Source: Candidatus Melainabacteria bacterium
GTDB lineage: Bacteria; Cyanobacteriota; Vampirovibrionia; Obscuribacterales; Obscuribacteraceae
DNA length: 64,000 nt
Assembly (NCBI GenBank): GCA_963845445.1
Contig: CAWJSE010000001.1
Location: 6,684 to 70,683 of the forward strand
Reading direction: 5' to 3'
The notes beneath the pieces were generated by a model that saw nothing but the letters and a program-made list of their open reading frames with translations, was not told the DNA's origin and ran no database searches. Each line of letters starts with the position of its first letter. The first letter of the stretch is position 1. Position numbers and translations under genes: made by a program. Shown here in pieces: positions 32,109-42,468 of the stretch.

Positions 32109-33157
32109 AGGCTTCTGGGGAAATACTTTCACCAAGCTGAAATCTGCTCTTTCGAAAACAAAAGAGGCAGTGGTTGATTCGGTTTTGACCGATAAGGACA
32201 CTGAGCATGCGGATCTATTAGCGCCAGCGGCTATAGAACTGGAAGAGAATACAAGCAATGAGAATAAGGCCAGTCTCTCTATAAGTGCTGCACCAGCGAC
32301 TTCTGCCAGTACAGATTTACTCGATCGTGCCGTAGTTATAAATTCTGATTATCTAGATGATCTAGAAGACAAATTGATTAGAGCAGATCTCAGGATTGGC
32401 CACGGTTGATACTCTGATGGATCATCTGCGGCAGTCTTCTAAATCGAAAGAATGGACAGGACACGATGTTCAGTCTTTCCTCAAGAATGAATTTAGCAAA
32501 ATGCTCGCTGCCGCTCCTAATCATAAGCTCAATATTAAAGAAAATGTTTTGAACATTATTCTAGTGGTTGGTGTTAATGGCACAGGCAAGACTACCAGCA
32601 TTGGCAAGCTGTGTAGGAGGCTGCAAAGTTCAAACAAAAAAGTTTTAATCGCGGCTGGCGACACATTTAGAGCCGCTGCAGAATCTCAACTTGAAATTTG
32701 GGCACAGAGATCAAATTGTGATCTATTACGTCTAGCTAGCGGTTCTGATCCAGGAGCGGTGGTCTATCAAGCAGTAAAAAAGGCTAAAGAAGAAAGCTAC
32801 GATATATTAGTAATAGATACAGCTGGACGTTTGCATAATAAGGCTAACTTAATGGCCGAATTACGGAAAATTCAATCTGTGATCGATAAAAATTCGGCTG
32901 GCGCCAATTTTGAGGCTCTACTTGTGCTTGATGCCTCTACCGGGCAAAACGGCATTCAGCAAGCTCGCTTGTTTGCAGAAGTATGCCCCCTTACAGGGGT
33001 TATTCTCACTAAACTAGATGGCAGCGCAAAAGGTGGTATCGTTTTTGGTATTGCCAACGAGTTAAAAATACCCGTTAAACTAATTGGGCTAGGTGAAAAA
33101 ATTGATGATTTACAAGATTTTGAACCAGAATTATTTATCGAAGCACTTTTTGATTAA
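32080..33157 (+). CDS. ftsY: Signal recognition particle receptor FtsY (frame-shifted as assembled)
   Basis: ORF 32080-32409 (GFWGNTFTKLKSALSKTKE ... LEDKLIRADL) plus ORF 32396-33157 (NIILVVGVNGTGKTTSIGKL, DTAGRLHNK, TKLDGSAKGG). Frames join around 32392-32399. Confidence 0.9.
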
Positions 33158-33605
33158 ATGGCTTGGCAATAGCTTTGCGGCAATTTGCATCTTTTATATT
33201 TTCACTAATTTATCGCTGAGCACAATAGCTGCCAGTCCGAATATTATAAATGGCAGTACACCAGCAGATATTGATGAACAAAACTGCTCACAAGCAGAAT
33301 TACTTGATTATGTAGAAAAAGCTAAAAAGTATATCGCAAGCAAGTGGCAACCCGAGAAAGGGTTTCAAGACAGGAATGTGGTAGTAGTGTTTGCAGTTAA
33401 ATCAAATGGTAGTATTGAAGACGAAAGAATAATAGAGAGCAGCGGTAGCCAAGCAGTAGACCAAAGTGCTCTTGCCGCTCTCAAAATAGCTTCTCCTTTG
33501 GCAGCCTTGCCAAAAGGAGCGCCGGAATTTATTCAAATACGCTATGTGTTTTCCTGGCATGTGACACGAAAAGCGGGAGCAAAAGGCGAGGACCAAGGCA
33601 ATTAG
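33150..33605 (+). CDS. Secreted protein with a TonB/TolA C-terminal-like domain
   Basis: Hydrophobic leader WLGNSFAAICIFYIFTNLSLSTIAA. C-terminal VVVVFAVKSNGSIEDERIIESSGSQAVDQSALAALKIASPLAALP resembles TonB_C. The start is uncertain: TTG 33150 or ATG 33093 inside ftsY. Confidence 0.5.
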   Translation: MIKWLGNSFAAICIFYIFTNLSLSTIAASPNIINGSTPADIDEQNCSQAELLDYVEKAKKYIASKWQPEKGFQDRNVVVVFAVKSNGSIEDERIIESSGSQAVDQSALAALKIASPLAALPKGAPEFIQIRYVFSWHVTRKAGAKGEDQGN

Positions 33606-33753
33606 AGATTATCCAGACTGCAATTTGAGAGAGCTCAACTTAGGAGCAGGTATACATTAGTTAAAGCATTCAGAAGGTAAATGCTTCTCCAAGTGAGCAG
33701 ATGTTATACTTCAAAGCTGTTGTCATCAAATATATTTTCAAGAGAAATTAGCC

Positions 33754-34035
33754 GTGCCTAATATCAAATCAGCTATAAAAAGAGTCAAAGTGGCGGAAAG
33801 AAACCGGGTTAAAAACCGCAGCTGGAGAACGTCTATTCGTTCAGCCCGCACTGAAGTGTCCGCTTCAACTACTAGTAAAAATAAAGAAGATTCTCAAACA
33901 GCACTGAATAAAGCTTACAAAGTGATCGATATGGCAGTAAGCAAAGGTATTTTGCATAAAAACGCTGCTGCTAGACGAAAATCGAGCTTAGCCAAAGCCG
34001 TCAATGCCGTTGCTGTAAGCAAGAAGAAAAAATAG
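33754..34035 (+). CDS. rpsT: 30S ribosomal protein S20
   Basis: PNIKSAIKRVKVAERNRVKNRSWRTSIRS...KAVSKGILHKNAAARRKSSLAK; GTG start. Confidence 0.9.
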   Translation: MPNIKSAIKRVKVAERNRVKNRSWRTSIRSARTEVSASTTSKNKEDSQTALNKAYKVIDMAVSKGILHKNAAARRKSSLAKAVNAVAVSKKKK

Positions 34036-34169
34036 CGTTGTTTTAATTGCCGTTTAAGGTTATATTTACTTTCGAAGTTATCAGCCTTCGGGCGATGATA
34101 CTGGTTTGAGTGCTGTAAAATCTTATACTCGCAAGGCAAAGAAGAACATTGGAAGCTAAAACCACTGCA

Positions 34170-35618
34170 ATGGAAAACAAAGATACTGCGGCGGGCGTTT
34201 TGGGCGGTGGTCCATGCGATTTAGATAAATTAAACGGACGTTTACACTTCATTGGCATAGGTGGCATAGGGATGTCCGCCCTTGCTCGTTTAATTTTGAG
34301 CCGTGGCATACCTGTCAGTGGTTCGGATAAACAGGGCAATAAAATTACCGACGAATTAATTAAATCCGGTGCACTGATTTACACCGGACATGCTGCCAGC
34401 AACGCAAGTGGCGCAGCAGGCATAGTGGTATCAACCGCTATTACTAGCGACAATCCAGAGCTGAACTGGGCTCGAGCAAATAAATTGCCAGTGTGGCATA
34501 GATCCGAAGTTTTAGCTGCCCTCTCCGCGAAAAAGAAACTAATAGCCATTACAGGCACGCACGGCAAAACCACTACTACTGCTATGATCGGCAAAATCTT
34601 TATTGACGCGAATTTAGACCCAAGCATTGTAATCGGAGGCATTTTACCTCAATTGCAGTCTAATTGTCGAGTTGGAGATAGTGATTACTTTATTGCTGAG
34701 GCGGACGAAAGCGACGGCACGCACGTAACATTGCCAGCCGAAATTGCTGTCATAACAAATATTGAGGCTGACCATTTAGAAAACTATCCTACCGGCATGA
34801 AACAAATTCTAGATACTATGAAATTGTTTGCAGATAAGGCCACAAAAGTTGTTATATGCACCGACGATGCGGGGTGCAAAAAAATTATTCCGCACCTCAA
34901 AAGCAAAACAATCGGTTACGGCTTAAGAAAGAAAGAATCTGAAGAGAGCAGCATTAAAAGCACCTATGAGTTTAAGAACATCTCGGATGCTTCAAGTTCG
35001 GCTATGAAGGTTTATAAGAAGAATAAAGTCCTGGGCACAATCAATTTATCAGTGCCTGGTATTCACAATCAGTATAATGCCTTAGCAACAATCGCTACAG
35101 CGATGGAATCAGGAATAGATTTTGAAACGATTGCTCGGTCACTTGCTGATTATAATGGTGTTGATCGTCGCTTTCAAATCTTGGGTTTAGAAAATAACAT
35201 TCTAGTGGTCGATGACTATGCCCACCATCCTACAGAAGTGGTGGCCCTATTGCAAGCCGCGCAACAATATGCTGGGCAAGGCAAATTCGCCGCTCATCGC
35301 ATAGTGGCAATATTTCAACCGCATCAACCAGGTAGACTACGGGATTTCTGGAAAGAGTTTTGCGAAGCCTTTAAAGCTTGTGATTTGCTTTTGGTAGCCG
35401 ATGTTTATATTGCACGTGGCGGAGCGATAGCTGGCATAGATAGTAAAAGGTTTTCTCAGGAAGTAGATCATCCCAATAGCCATTACCTCTCTGGACCAAC
35501 TTCGGAATTGCCTACTAGAATCAAGGCTCTTCTTCAACCGAATGACTTAGTAATAACTATTGGCGCTGGTGATATCACCAACATTGGACCCCAATTATTA
35601 CAACTGCTGCGTAGTTAG
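34170..35618 (+). CDS. murC: UDP-N-acetylmuramate--L-alanine ligase
   Basis: HFIGIGGIGMSALARLILSRGIPVSGSD, ITGTHGKTTTTAM, EADESDG and DDYAHHPTE. ATG 34170 is preferred over upstream TTG 34149. Confidence 0.9.
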   Translation: MENKDTAAGVLGGGPCDLDKLNGRLHFIGIGGIGMSALARLILSRGIPVSGSDKQGNKITDELIKSGALIYTGHAASNASGAAGIVVSTAITSDNPELNWARANKLPVWHRSEVLAALSAKKKLIAITGTHGKTTTTAMIGKIFIDANLDPSIVIGGILPQLQSNCRVGDSDYFIAEADESDGTHVTLPAEIAVITNIEADHLENYPTGMKQILDTMKLFADKATKVVICTDDAGCKKIIPHLKSKTIGYGLRKKESEESSIKSTYEFKNISDASSSAMKVYKKNKVLGTINLSVPGIHNQYNALATIATAMESGIDFETIARSLADYNGVDRRFQILGLENNILVVDDYAHHPTEVVALLQAAQQYAGQGKFAAHRIVAIFQPHQPGRLRDFWKEFCEAFKACDLLLVADVYIARGGAIAGIDSKRFSQEVDHPNSHYLSGPTSELPTRIKALLQPNDLVITIGAGDITNIGPQLLQLLRS

Positions 35619-35620
35619 AT

Positions 35621-36541
35621 ATGGAAGAAAATGCGAACGAACCGTTGGCGCGCTATACAACTTTGAGGATTGGCGGTGAAGCTGACTATCTCTTCCAGCC
35701 GCATAGCGTTGAAGAACTAGTATCCTTGGTCAAGCGCTTAGAACAGAAAGATGAGCCCTGGTACATTTTGGGCGGTGGCTCCAATTTACTAATATCTTCT
35801 GCCGGCGTAAAGGGGAATGTCATTAGAACTGCTCAAATGACAGAGGTTAAACAGGTAGCGCCTGATACAATCGAGGCATTGGCAGGAGTAAGGTTACCTC
35901 ATTTGGCTCGCCAAGCGGGTAGTTTGAATTTATCGGGTCTAGAGTTTTCGGTTGGCATTCCTGGCACTGTGGGTGGTGCAATAGTAATGAATGCTGGAGC
36001 GCACGGCAGTTGTATGGCAGACATTGTGGAATCAGCAGTTGTATTTGACTGCAAAGAAAATAAACTGCTAACTTTCAGCAAAGAAGATTTGTCTTTTACA
36101 TATCGTCGATCGAAAATTAATCCGGTCACTCAAGTTGTAGTATCGGCTCGCCTAAAATTGCACCCAGGGAATAAAGCCGAGATTGAAGCAAAAATTAAGG
36201 CTAATGAAGAATATAGGTTAAGAACACAACCTATTGGTTTTCCTAATGCCGGCAGTACATTTGTCAATCCTGAACCAAAAAGAAGCGCTGGTTTTTTGCT
36301 CGAACAATCAGGAGCCAAGGGGCTTACCTGTGGTCAAGCCGCGGTTTCTGCCTTGCATGCCAATTTCGTTATTAATCTAGGCACTGCCACGTCAAAGGAC
36401 GTAACAGACTTACTTCTTCGCATGCAGGAATGTGTTTACAGTAGCTTTACCATCAAATTACATCCAGAATGGAAAATATTAGGAGAATTCAGTCAAAATG
36501 AATTGGCGCCATGGCAAGCCAGCTCACACCCAGTACATTAA
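35621..36541 (+). CDS. murB: UDP-N-acetylenolpyruvoylglucosamine reductase
   Basis: LARYTTLRIGGEADYL, ILGGGSNLL, GIPGTVGGAIVMNAGAHG and PNAGSTFVNP. Confidence 0.9.
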   Translation: MEENANEPLARYTTLRIGGEADYLFQPHSVEELVSLVKRLEQKDEPWYILGGGSNLLISSAGVKGNVIRTAQMTEVKQVAPDTIEALAGVRLPHLARQAGSLNLSGLEFSVGIPGTVGGAIVMNAGAHGSCMADIVESAVVFDCKENKLLTFSKEDLSFTYRRSKINPVTQVVVSARLKLHPGNKAEIEAKIKANEEYRLRTQPIGFPNAGSTFVNPEPKRSAGFLLEQSGAKGLTCGQAAVSALHANFVINLGTATSKDVTDLLLRMQECVYSSFTIKLHPEWKILGEFSQNELAPWQASSHPVH

Positions 36542-36567
36542 CTTAGAACTCTGAGTGCTAAATAAAT

Positions 36568-37353
36568 ATGCAAGTCTCAGTAAATAACCTCAATATAAAT
36601 TTTCAAGTATATGGCAGTGGGCTGCCTATCGTCGTTCTCCACGGCTGGGGAGATAGATCGGATTCATGGTACACTTTTGCCCAAGATTTATCGGATAAAT
36701 ACCAGGTCTTGCTGGTTGACTTGCCAGGATTTGGCGGTAGCGATTCGCCACCTTGTGTTTGGGGCGTGGAAGACTATGCCCAAATTATAAATGGATTTAT
36801 TAAAGAGTTGGATATAGAAAAGCCGGTTCTTTTAGGTCATTCACATGGTGGCAGAATTATTAGCAAGTTAGCTATCCAAAATGATAATTGCCGTGCTTTG
36901 GTTTTAGTTGCTAGCGGTGGAGTAGATATGCCTAGCCTTAAAGTAAGGCTCAAAATATTATGGTTCAAAACAATGAAAATATTGGTACGCCCCCTAGGAA
37001 AAAGGGGTGAAGATATTTTAGATAATTACCGCAAGAAGCTCGGCTCGCGCGACTATCAAGAAGCGGGCCCTTTGCGGGCCACAATGGTTAAAGTGGTTAA
37101 TTACAAGTTATTCGATATATTGCCTAAATTAAATATACCTACACTTATTGTCTGGGGCAGTGAAGATAAAACCTTATCTTTTGAACAATCGAAAATCTTT
37201 CAGAAGTTAATTGCCGATTCATACATAAAAATTATTTGGGGCGGCGGTCATCATCTGCATATAGATGCTCCGCTAGAATTAGCGGAGATAGTCAAAGACT
37301 TTCTTACTGAACTAGAAAGTCAGCAGCCGGTAAAGACTCTGGTATCGAAATAG
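36568..37353 (+). CDS. Alpha/beta hydrolase
   Basis: VVLHGWGD, nucleophile elbow GHSHGG, and C-terminal GGGHHLHIDAP. Confidence 0.8.
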   Translation: MQVSVNNLNINFQVYGSGLPIVVLHGWGDRSDSWYTFAQDLSDKYQVLLVDLPGFGGSDSPPCVWGVEDYAQIINGFIKELDIEKPVLLGHSHGGRIISKLAIQNDNCRALVLVASGGVDMPSLKVRLKILWFKTMKILVRPLGKRGEDILDNYRKKLGSRDYQEAGPLRATMVKVVNYKLFDILPKLNIPTLIVWGSEDKTLSFEQSKIFQKLIADSYIKIIWGGGHHLHIDAPLELAEIVKDFLTELESQQPVKTLVSK

Positions 37354-37359
37354 CCAACA

Positions 37360-38784
37360 ATGTATTTAAAACACTATTTATTGATTTTTCAGTTAGAAGC
37401 TTATCGAGTTATGCGCTTTATGCGCTGGATAGCTAAACACTATGCTGATCTTAAGCCAGAGCCCGCCAAACAGCCCGTATGGACAGCTAAAGCCAAACAA
37501 CTCTATTGGTTAGCTATTTTAATTTTTATAGGCATTTCTATTTGCGCGCTCTGCACATTAAGTATGTTTATGGCAGCTGCAATAATAGTGATTTTGTGGT
37601 TCAACATTTATCTTTGTCTGATATTAGCTCTTGCCGCAATCAAGCCATACGAAATATTAAATCGAATGCGAGTCAAGCAGCAAATAAAAAATAAGATCAA
37701 GCGTTTAAAAGAGCTGCATCATCTGACCGTCATTGGTATTACCGGCAGTTTTGGTAAAACATCGAGCAAACTGGTCATTGGACAAATACTCCCCAAGTGT
37801 CATGTTACGCCGAAGTCATACAATACTATGTTTGGCATATTCAAAACAATTGACTACGAATTGAATAAACGTTATAAATTTTTTGTTTGCGAGATGGGTG
37901 CCTACAGACGCGGGGATGTAAAAGAGTTTTGTGAATTAGTGAGTCCTGACATTGGGGTTTTAACCGGAATCAATGAGCAACATTTAGAAAGATTTGGCTC
38001 GATTGAAAATACTATTCAAGCTAAGTTTGAGATTCTAACTACGCTATCTTCCGGTGGAACAGGCATTGTGAATTTAGACAATGATTTGGTAAAAAATAAT
38101 CTGCATCGCTTTAAAGAGACCCTAGAAGGGAAGCGTATATATTTAATCGGCTATTCAGTCAACGGCCATACCAGCCAATACTGCAAAGAGCTAATTGCAA
38201 TCAAGAGCTGGCGTATCGAAAATGGAAAATCAATATTTGAACTTCCTTATAAAGACAGAAGCTACACAGTAACAACATCTCTCATAGGTAAAGGGCATCT
38301 TTCAAACATTTTGGCAGCAATTGCTGTAGGACTTTCATGTGGTCAAACTGTAGATGATGTAATCGAGCGAGCAAGCAAAGTTAAACAAATCCCACATAGG
38401 CTAGAGCTCAAATCTATGGCAGGAATGACAATCTTAGATGATACTTATAGCAGTAACCCTAGCGGCTTTCGCGAAGCTCTGGATACTCTAAAGCAATTTG
38501 AGGGGACCAAAGTGTTAGTCACGCCGGGCATTGTGGAATTGGGCGATAAAGCTGTGGAAATCCACAAAGAAATTGGTTCTCTTGCTGCAAATATCTGTGA
38601 TGAGATTGTACTTGTGGGTAATTCTAATAATCTTAATGCCATGAAAGAGGGTATTTTTTCTAGCGGTTACAGTGCCGAAAGAGTAATCCAATTAGCTGGG
38701 CGAGCCAAAGTGCAAGAGTTTTTACGCAATAAAGTTAACACAGTAGTATTAATGGAAAATGATCTACCCGATCAGTACCTATAA
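37360..38784 (+). CDS. murF: MurF-type Mur ligase with a membrane-spanning N-terminal region
   Basis: IGITGSFGKTSSK, CEMGAYRRGDVKEFCELVSPDIGVLTGINEQHLERFGS and DDTYSSNP match MurF. The first ~125 aa instead contain hydrophobic helices (LYWLAILIFIGISICALCTLSMFMAAAIIVILWFNIYLCLILALAAI). Confidence 0.8.
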   Translation: MYLKHYLLIFQLEAYRVMRFMRWIAKHYADLKPEPAKQPVWTAKAKQLYWLAILIFIGISICALCTLSMFMAAAIIVILWFNIYLCLILALAAIKPYEILNRMRVKQQIKNKIKRLKELHHLTVIGITGSFGKTSSKLVIGQILPKCHVTPKSYNTMFGIFKTIDYELNKRYKFFVCEMGAYRRGDVKEFCELVSPDIGVLTGINEQHLERFGSIENTIQAKFEILTTLSSGGTGIVNLDNDLVKNNLHRFKETLEGKRIYLIGYSVNGHTSQYCKELIAIKSWRIENGKSIFELPYKDRSYTVTTSLIGKGHLSNILAAIAVGLSCGQTVDDVIERASKVKQIPHRLELKSMAGMTILDDTYSSNPSGFREALDTLKQFEGTKVLVTPGIVELGDKAVEIHKEIGSLAANICDEIVLVGNSNNLNAMKEGIFSSGYSAERVIQLAGRAKVQEFLRNKVNTVVLMENDLPDQYL

Positions 38785-38903
38785 AGTTACTTTTCTTGCT
38801 CTTAGCAAGATCCTGCTCTCATTTAAATTTTGCCAGGTTTAGCCCAGCTCTTAATTGTTATGCCGACAACTATAGAGATAATGGCTGCTGATAATCTATT
38901 TAT

Positions 38904-39122
38904 TTGCCTGCCATTCAAATTAGAGTAGCTAAAGGTCACATAGTGGTGGTCATTAAAAATGTGCCTTTCCAGAAAATTATTTTATATTTTGCCTCGGATG
39001 ACTTGCACAGAGGCAAAAGAGTGACACAATTAGTTGGACGAGGCGCAGTGAAAGATTTTTTGTGCAATAAAGCTAACACAGTGAAATTAATGGAAAATGA
39101 TTTACCAGATCAATATTTATAA
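38904..39122 (+). pseudogene. Diverged remnant of a murF 3' end
   Basis: RVTQLVGRGAVKDFLCNKANTVKLMENDLPDQYL* parallels the end of the intact gene, RVIQLAGRAKVQEFLRNKVNTVVLMENDLPDQYL* (38684-38784). No upstream ligase domains are present. Confidence 0.65.
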
Positions 39123-39127
39123 AGCGA

Positions 39128-39784
39128 GTGCTAATGATATTTGGGAATGAAAGACTTACTTTTGATAAACGGCTTGCTGATACCATCAAATGGTGTTCTA
39201 GAAAGCTAGACCTGATCGATCTTCATTCTGCCTTGAGATCAAGTGAGTTATTACCTAAAAATCTAGAGTCGATTAAACACGGGGTTTTGATAGAGGGCGG
39301 TTTTGAAAATGACAGTAAATTAGCCCCCTTATTTATGCATTGCAATCCGCATAGATTGCTAAAGGAAGTAGTCAAAAAGAGAGCAGAAATAATTTCCAAT
39401 AATACAAGTCTAACGCCCCAAACTACAACTTGGAGGATAAGCGAAGGAAAGCTTCTATGCTGGGATTTTGATATTTATAATGATGATGGTGCCCTCCAGT
39501 CTCTAAGTAATGGTTTTTTCGGATTAAACGACGATCCGCCCTGGGACACATGGGTGCACCATTTCAAAGCGCGCGAGCTTGTAGGCAAGAAAAAAGTAAC
39601 TAAAGAATATCTTCTTTGTTGGATACCATATGCATTTATAGAGACTGCCAACGAAGCTATACCAGCTGCCGTTTTTAATAACTTAGTTTGGTTAGATGAG
39701 CTGGTTAGGAAACCAGGGGTCGAGATTCCTAAATGGTTGAAAGAATATGCCAACAATATGATAAAAACTTTTAATAGAGCTTAG
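39128..39784 (+). CDS. Hypothetical protein
   Basis: 218-aa ORF starting 5 nt after the murF remnant stop; no motif I can name (contains GFFGLNDDPPWDTWV). Confidence 0.45.
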   Translation: MLMIFGNERLTFDKRLADTIKWCSRKLDLIDLHSALRSSELLPKNLESIKHGVLIEGGFENDSKLAPLFMHCNPHRLLKEVVKKRAEIISNNTSLTPQTTTWRISEGKLLCWDFDIYNDDGALQSLSNGFFGLNDDPPWDTWVHHFKARELVGKKKVTKEYLLCWIPYAFIETANEAIPAAVFNNLVWLDELVRKPGVEIPKWLKEYANNMIKTFNRA

Positions 39785-39916
39785 CCTCAGGCTATAGCCA
39801 AAAAGATATTCATTTCACATACGCCGTCCTTTCAGCAGGCAAATACAGCTGTATTATTAGAAAAATGATATAGAATATTAGGCGTCTGGTTTAAGCGCCA
39901 ATAGCAGGAGTAAAAA

Positions 39917-40398
39917 ATGAATCATTTGCCAAAAGGTTTAAATACTGCCACGCCTTATTTGATAATGCATAATGCAGTCGCTGCTGTTGAATTCTATAAA
40001 ACCGTATTTGGTGCTCAAGAATTAGTAAAGCTTCCCGGTCCAGACGGTAAGATTGCTCATTGTGAAATAAAATTAGGTGATTCGGTGATTATGCTTGCTG
40101 ATGAGTTCCCAGGCATAGTCGCTTTCAGCCCTAAAGCATTGGGCGGATCATCTGTCAGCATATTGTTATACGTCGAAGACGTTGACGCAACTGTAAAAGA
40201 GCCTGTGAAGCCGGCGCGAAGATAATCCAGCCAGTAGAAGATAAGTTTTATGGTGATAGGGCAGGCACATTGATGGACCCCTTCGGGCACCAATGGAATA
40301 TTGCAACACACAAGGAAGATGTTAGCCCTGAAGAATTGCAGCGGCGCTCATATGCAATGTGCGAAGACTATACAAGATTGGCAGCACAGGCCGGATAA
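39917..40398 (+). CDS. VOC/glyoxalase-family protein, PhnB-like (frame-shifted as assembled)
   Basis: ORF 39917-40225 continues in another frame as ...AGAKIIQPVEDKFYGDRAGTLMDPFGHQWNIATHKEDVSPEEL. One extra A in the A4 run 40195-40198 restores VDATVKRACEAGAKII. Confidence 0.8.
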
Positions 40399-40463
40399 TA
40401 AATTTTCATTGGATGGTGAATTGTGATTCTTAGAGAGAGCAATATAGGACAAAAGGGGTAAAA

Positions 40464-41378
40464 ATGCTTACTTTATTCTTTGGTGGTTTGGTTCTCGTTT
40501 TTGTACTTTTAACTCTCTTCTTAGGACTGTTCACAGTTAGTCAGCAGACGGCAGCAGTAATTGAACGTTTCGGAAAATATTTACGGATTGCCCAGCCTGG
40601 CTTGAATTTTAAAGTGCCCTGGATTGATTATGTCGAAGGCGTGGTTAATTTAAGAGTGCAGCAATTAGATGTCCGGGTAGAAACAAAAACCGAAGACAAT
40701 GTATTTGTGCATGTGGTAGTGGCGGTGCAGTACTACGTGCTGCCAGATAAAGTCTACGAGGCTTTCTATAAATTGGAAAATGCTGAGCGTCAAATCACCT
40801 CATTCGTCTTTGATGCTGTAAGAGCGCGCGTCCCTAAAATTAAACTTGATGATGTCTTTGAGAAAAAAGACGAAATAGCAGATGTGGTTAGAACAGAGCT
40901 TACAGACACAATGGACCAATTCGGTTATGGCATTGTCAAAGCCCTGGTTACAGATATCGACCCAGACGCTAAAGTAAAGATAGCCATGAATGAAATTAAT
41001 GCAGCTACTCGAGAAAGAGTGGCCGCCAACGAGCGTGGTGAAGCAGAAAGAATTTTGATGGTGAAACGCGCACAAGCTGAGGCAGAAACAAAGGCGCTAC
41101 AAGGTCGCGGTATAGCTGATCAAAGACGCGCTATTGTAGAAGGTCTGCGTGATTCGGTTGAACAGTTTACACACAGCATTGAAGGGGCTAAAGCCCAAGA
41201 CGTAATGTCGCTTGTTCTAATGACACAATTTTTTGATACTCTGAAGGATATTGGGGCCAATTCAAGAAGCAATACTATTTTTGTGCCACACTCTCCTGGG
41301 GGTATGACTGAAATTTATCAGCAGTTGCTAACCGCGCTTATGAACAATAGCCAGCTGCCACCGCCACCTAGCCGCTAA
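40464..41378 (+). CDS. SPFH/band-7 (stomatin/prohibitin-like) membrane protein
   Basis: N-terminal TM helix, VIERFGKYLRIAQPGLNFKVPWID, then a coiled AERILMVKRAQAEAETKALQGRG segment. Confidence 0.85.
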   Translation: MLTLFFGGLVLVFVLLTLFLGLFTVSQQTAAVIERFGKYLRIAQPGLNFKVPWIDYVEGVVNLRVQQLDVRVETKTEDNVFVHVVVAVQYYVLPDKVYEAFYKLENAERQITSFVFDAVRARVPKIKLDDVFEKKDEIADVVRTELTDTMDQFGYGIVKALVTDIDPDAKVKIAMNEINAATRERVAANERGEAERILMVKRAQAEAETKALQGRGIADQRRAIVEGLRDSVEQFTHSIEGAKAQDVMSLVLMTQFFDTLKDIGANSRSNTIFVPHSPGGMTEIYQQLLTALMNNSQLPPPPSR

Positions 41379-41407
41379 AATACCTATTTCCAGATCAGCA
41401 ATACGAG

Positions 41408-42466
41408 CTAAGCGATCACTTCTTGTTTTCTAGATACACCGTGTTCGATCAGAGCTAATTCTATGAGCTTATCAAAAAATGCTGCCGGACTCATGCCTGC
41501 CTCAGCAGCTTGGTGAAATACCATGGTGGAAGGAGTTACCCCTGGCAAAGTATTGGGCTCGTTAATATATAATTTTCTCTCTTTGGTATCCCAGAAACCA
41601 TCGATGCGCGAGTATACACGCAAATTCATGGCTTTATATGCTTTGACAAAGTCGTCTTGCATCTTTTTAACGTCTTCTTCAGGCACTCTGGGTGGTGTGA
41701 TCATCTGAGCATCACCGGGTAAGAATTTTTCCTCTAGAGTAAGAAAATCGCCCTTAAACGGCGTTTCGGTAGGCAAAAGAGCTACTGGATGCTCGTTACC
41801 TATAACCACACAGGTCACTTCCATCATATGCATGAATTTTTCAATCATAACGACGTCGTCCCATCTTAAAGCTTCTTGGATGGCAGGCTTTATTTGAGCT
41901 TTATTATTGACTTTTGAAATACCGGTGCTGCAACCCTCTCTAGATGGTTTAACCACACAAGGGAAACCAAAGTCTTGCTCTATGGTCTTTTCTATTTCGG
42001 AAAGATTTTCTTCCAGTTCTTCTTTGCGTACAACTAAATGAGGGGGATAGTTTAGTCCAGCAGCGCGCAGTAATTGTTTCTGAAAAATTTTGTCCATGCC
42101 AATTGCTGCACCGATAATGCGTGGACCATTATATGGAATTTCCAAAATCTCAAGCAAACCTTGCAAAGCACCATCTTCCACATACTTTCCGTGCAAACCT
42201 AGAAAACAAAAATCCACTTGGTTCTTTAAATCTTCAAAGTAAATGCGTTTGCCGTCGGAATCCAAACACTTCTCTATATCTGCAGTAGCGTTCATCCATA
42301 ACAGACGCTCGGCAATTGCATAAAATTTCAGATCATAACTTACATAAATAGGAATGATGTGATATTTGCTACTGTCTAAGCTGTTATAGATATGCCGTCC
42401 GCTTTCTAAGGAAATTTCTTTCTCAGAAGAGCACCCACCAAAAAGAACTCCTACTTTCATAGTCAT
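41408..42466 (-). CDS. ddl: D-alanine--D-alanine ligase family protein, paralog B
   Basis: KVGVLFGGCSSEKEISLESGRHI, HGKYVEDGALQGLLEILEIPYNG, VVKPSREGCSTGISKV and RIDGFWD...YINEPNTLPGVTPSTM. Confidence 0.8.
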   Translation of the reverse strand: MTMKVGVLFGGCSSEKEISLESGRHIYNSLDSSKYHIIPIYVSYDLKFYAIAERLLWMNATADIEKCLDSDGKRIYFEDLKNQVDFCFLGLHGKYVEDGALQGLLEILEIPYNGPRIIGAAIGMDKIFQKQLLRAAGLNYPPHLVVRKEELEENLSEIEKTIEQDFGFPCVVKPSREGCSTGISKVNNKAQIKPAIQEALRWDDVVMIEKFMHMMEVTCVVIGNEHPVALLPTETPFKGDFLTLEEKFLPGDAQMITPPRVPEEDVKKMQDDFVKAYKAMNLRVYSRIDGFWDTKERKLYINEPNTLPGVTPSTMVFHQAAEAGMSPAAFFDKLIELALIEHGVSRKQEVIA

Positions 42467-42468
42467 AA

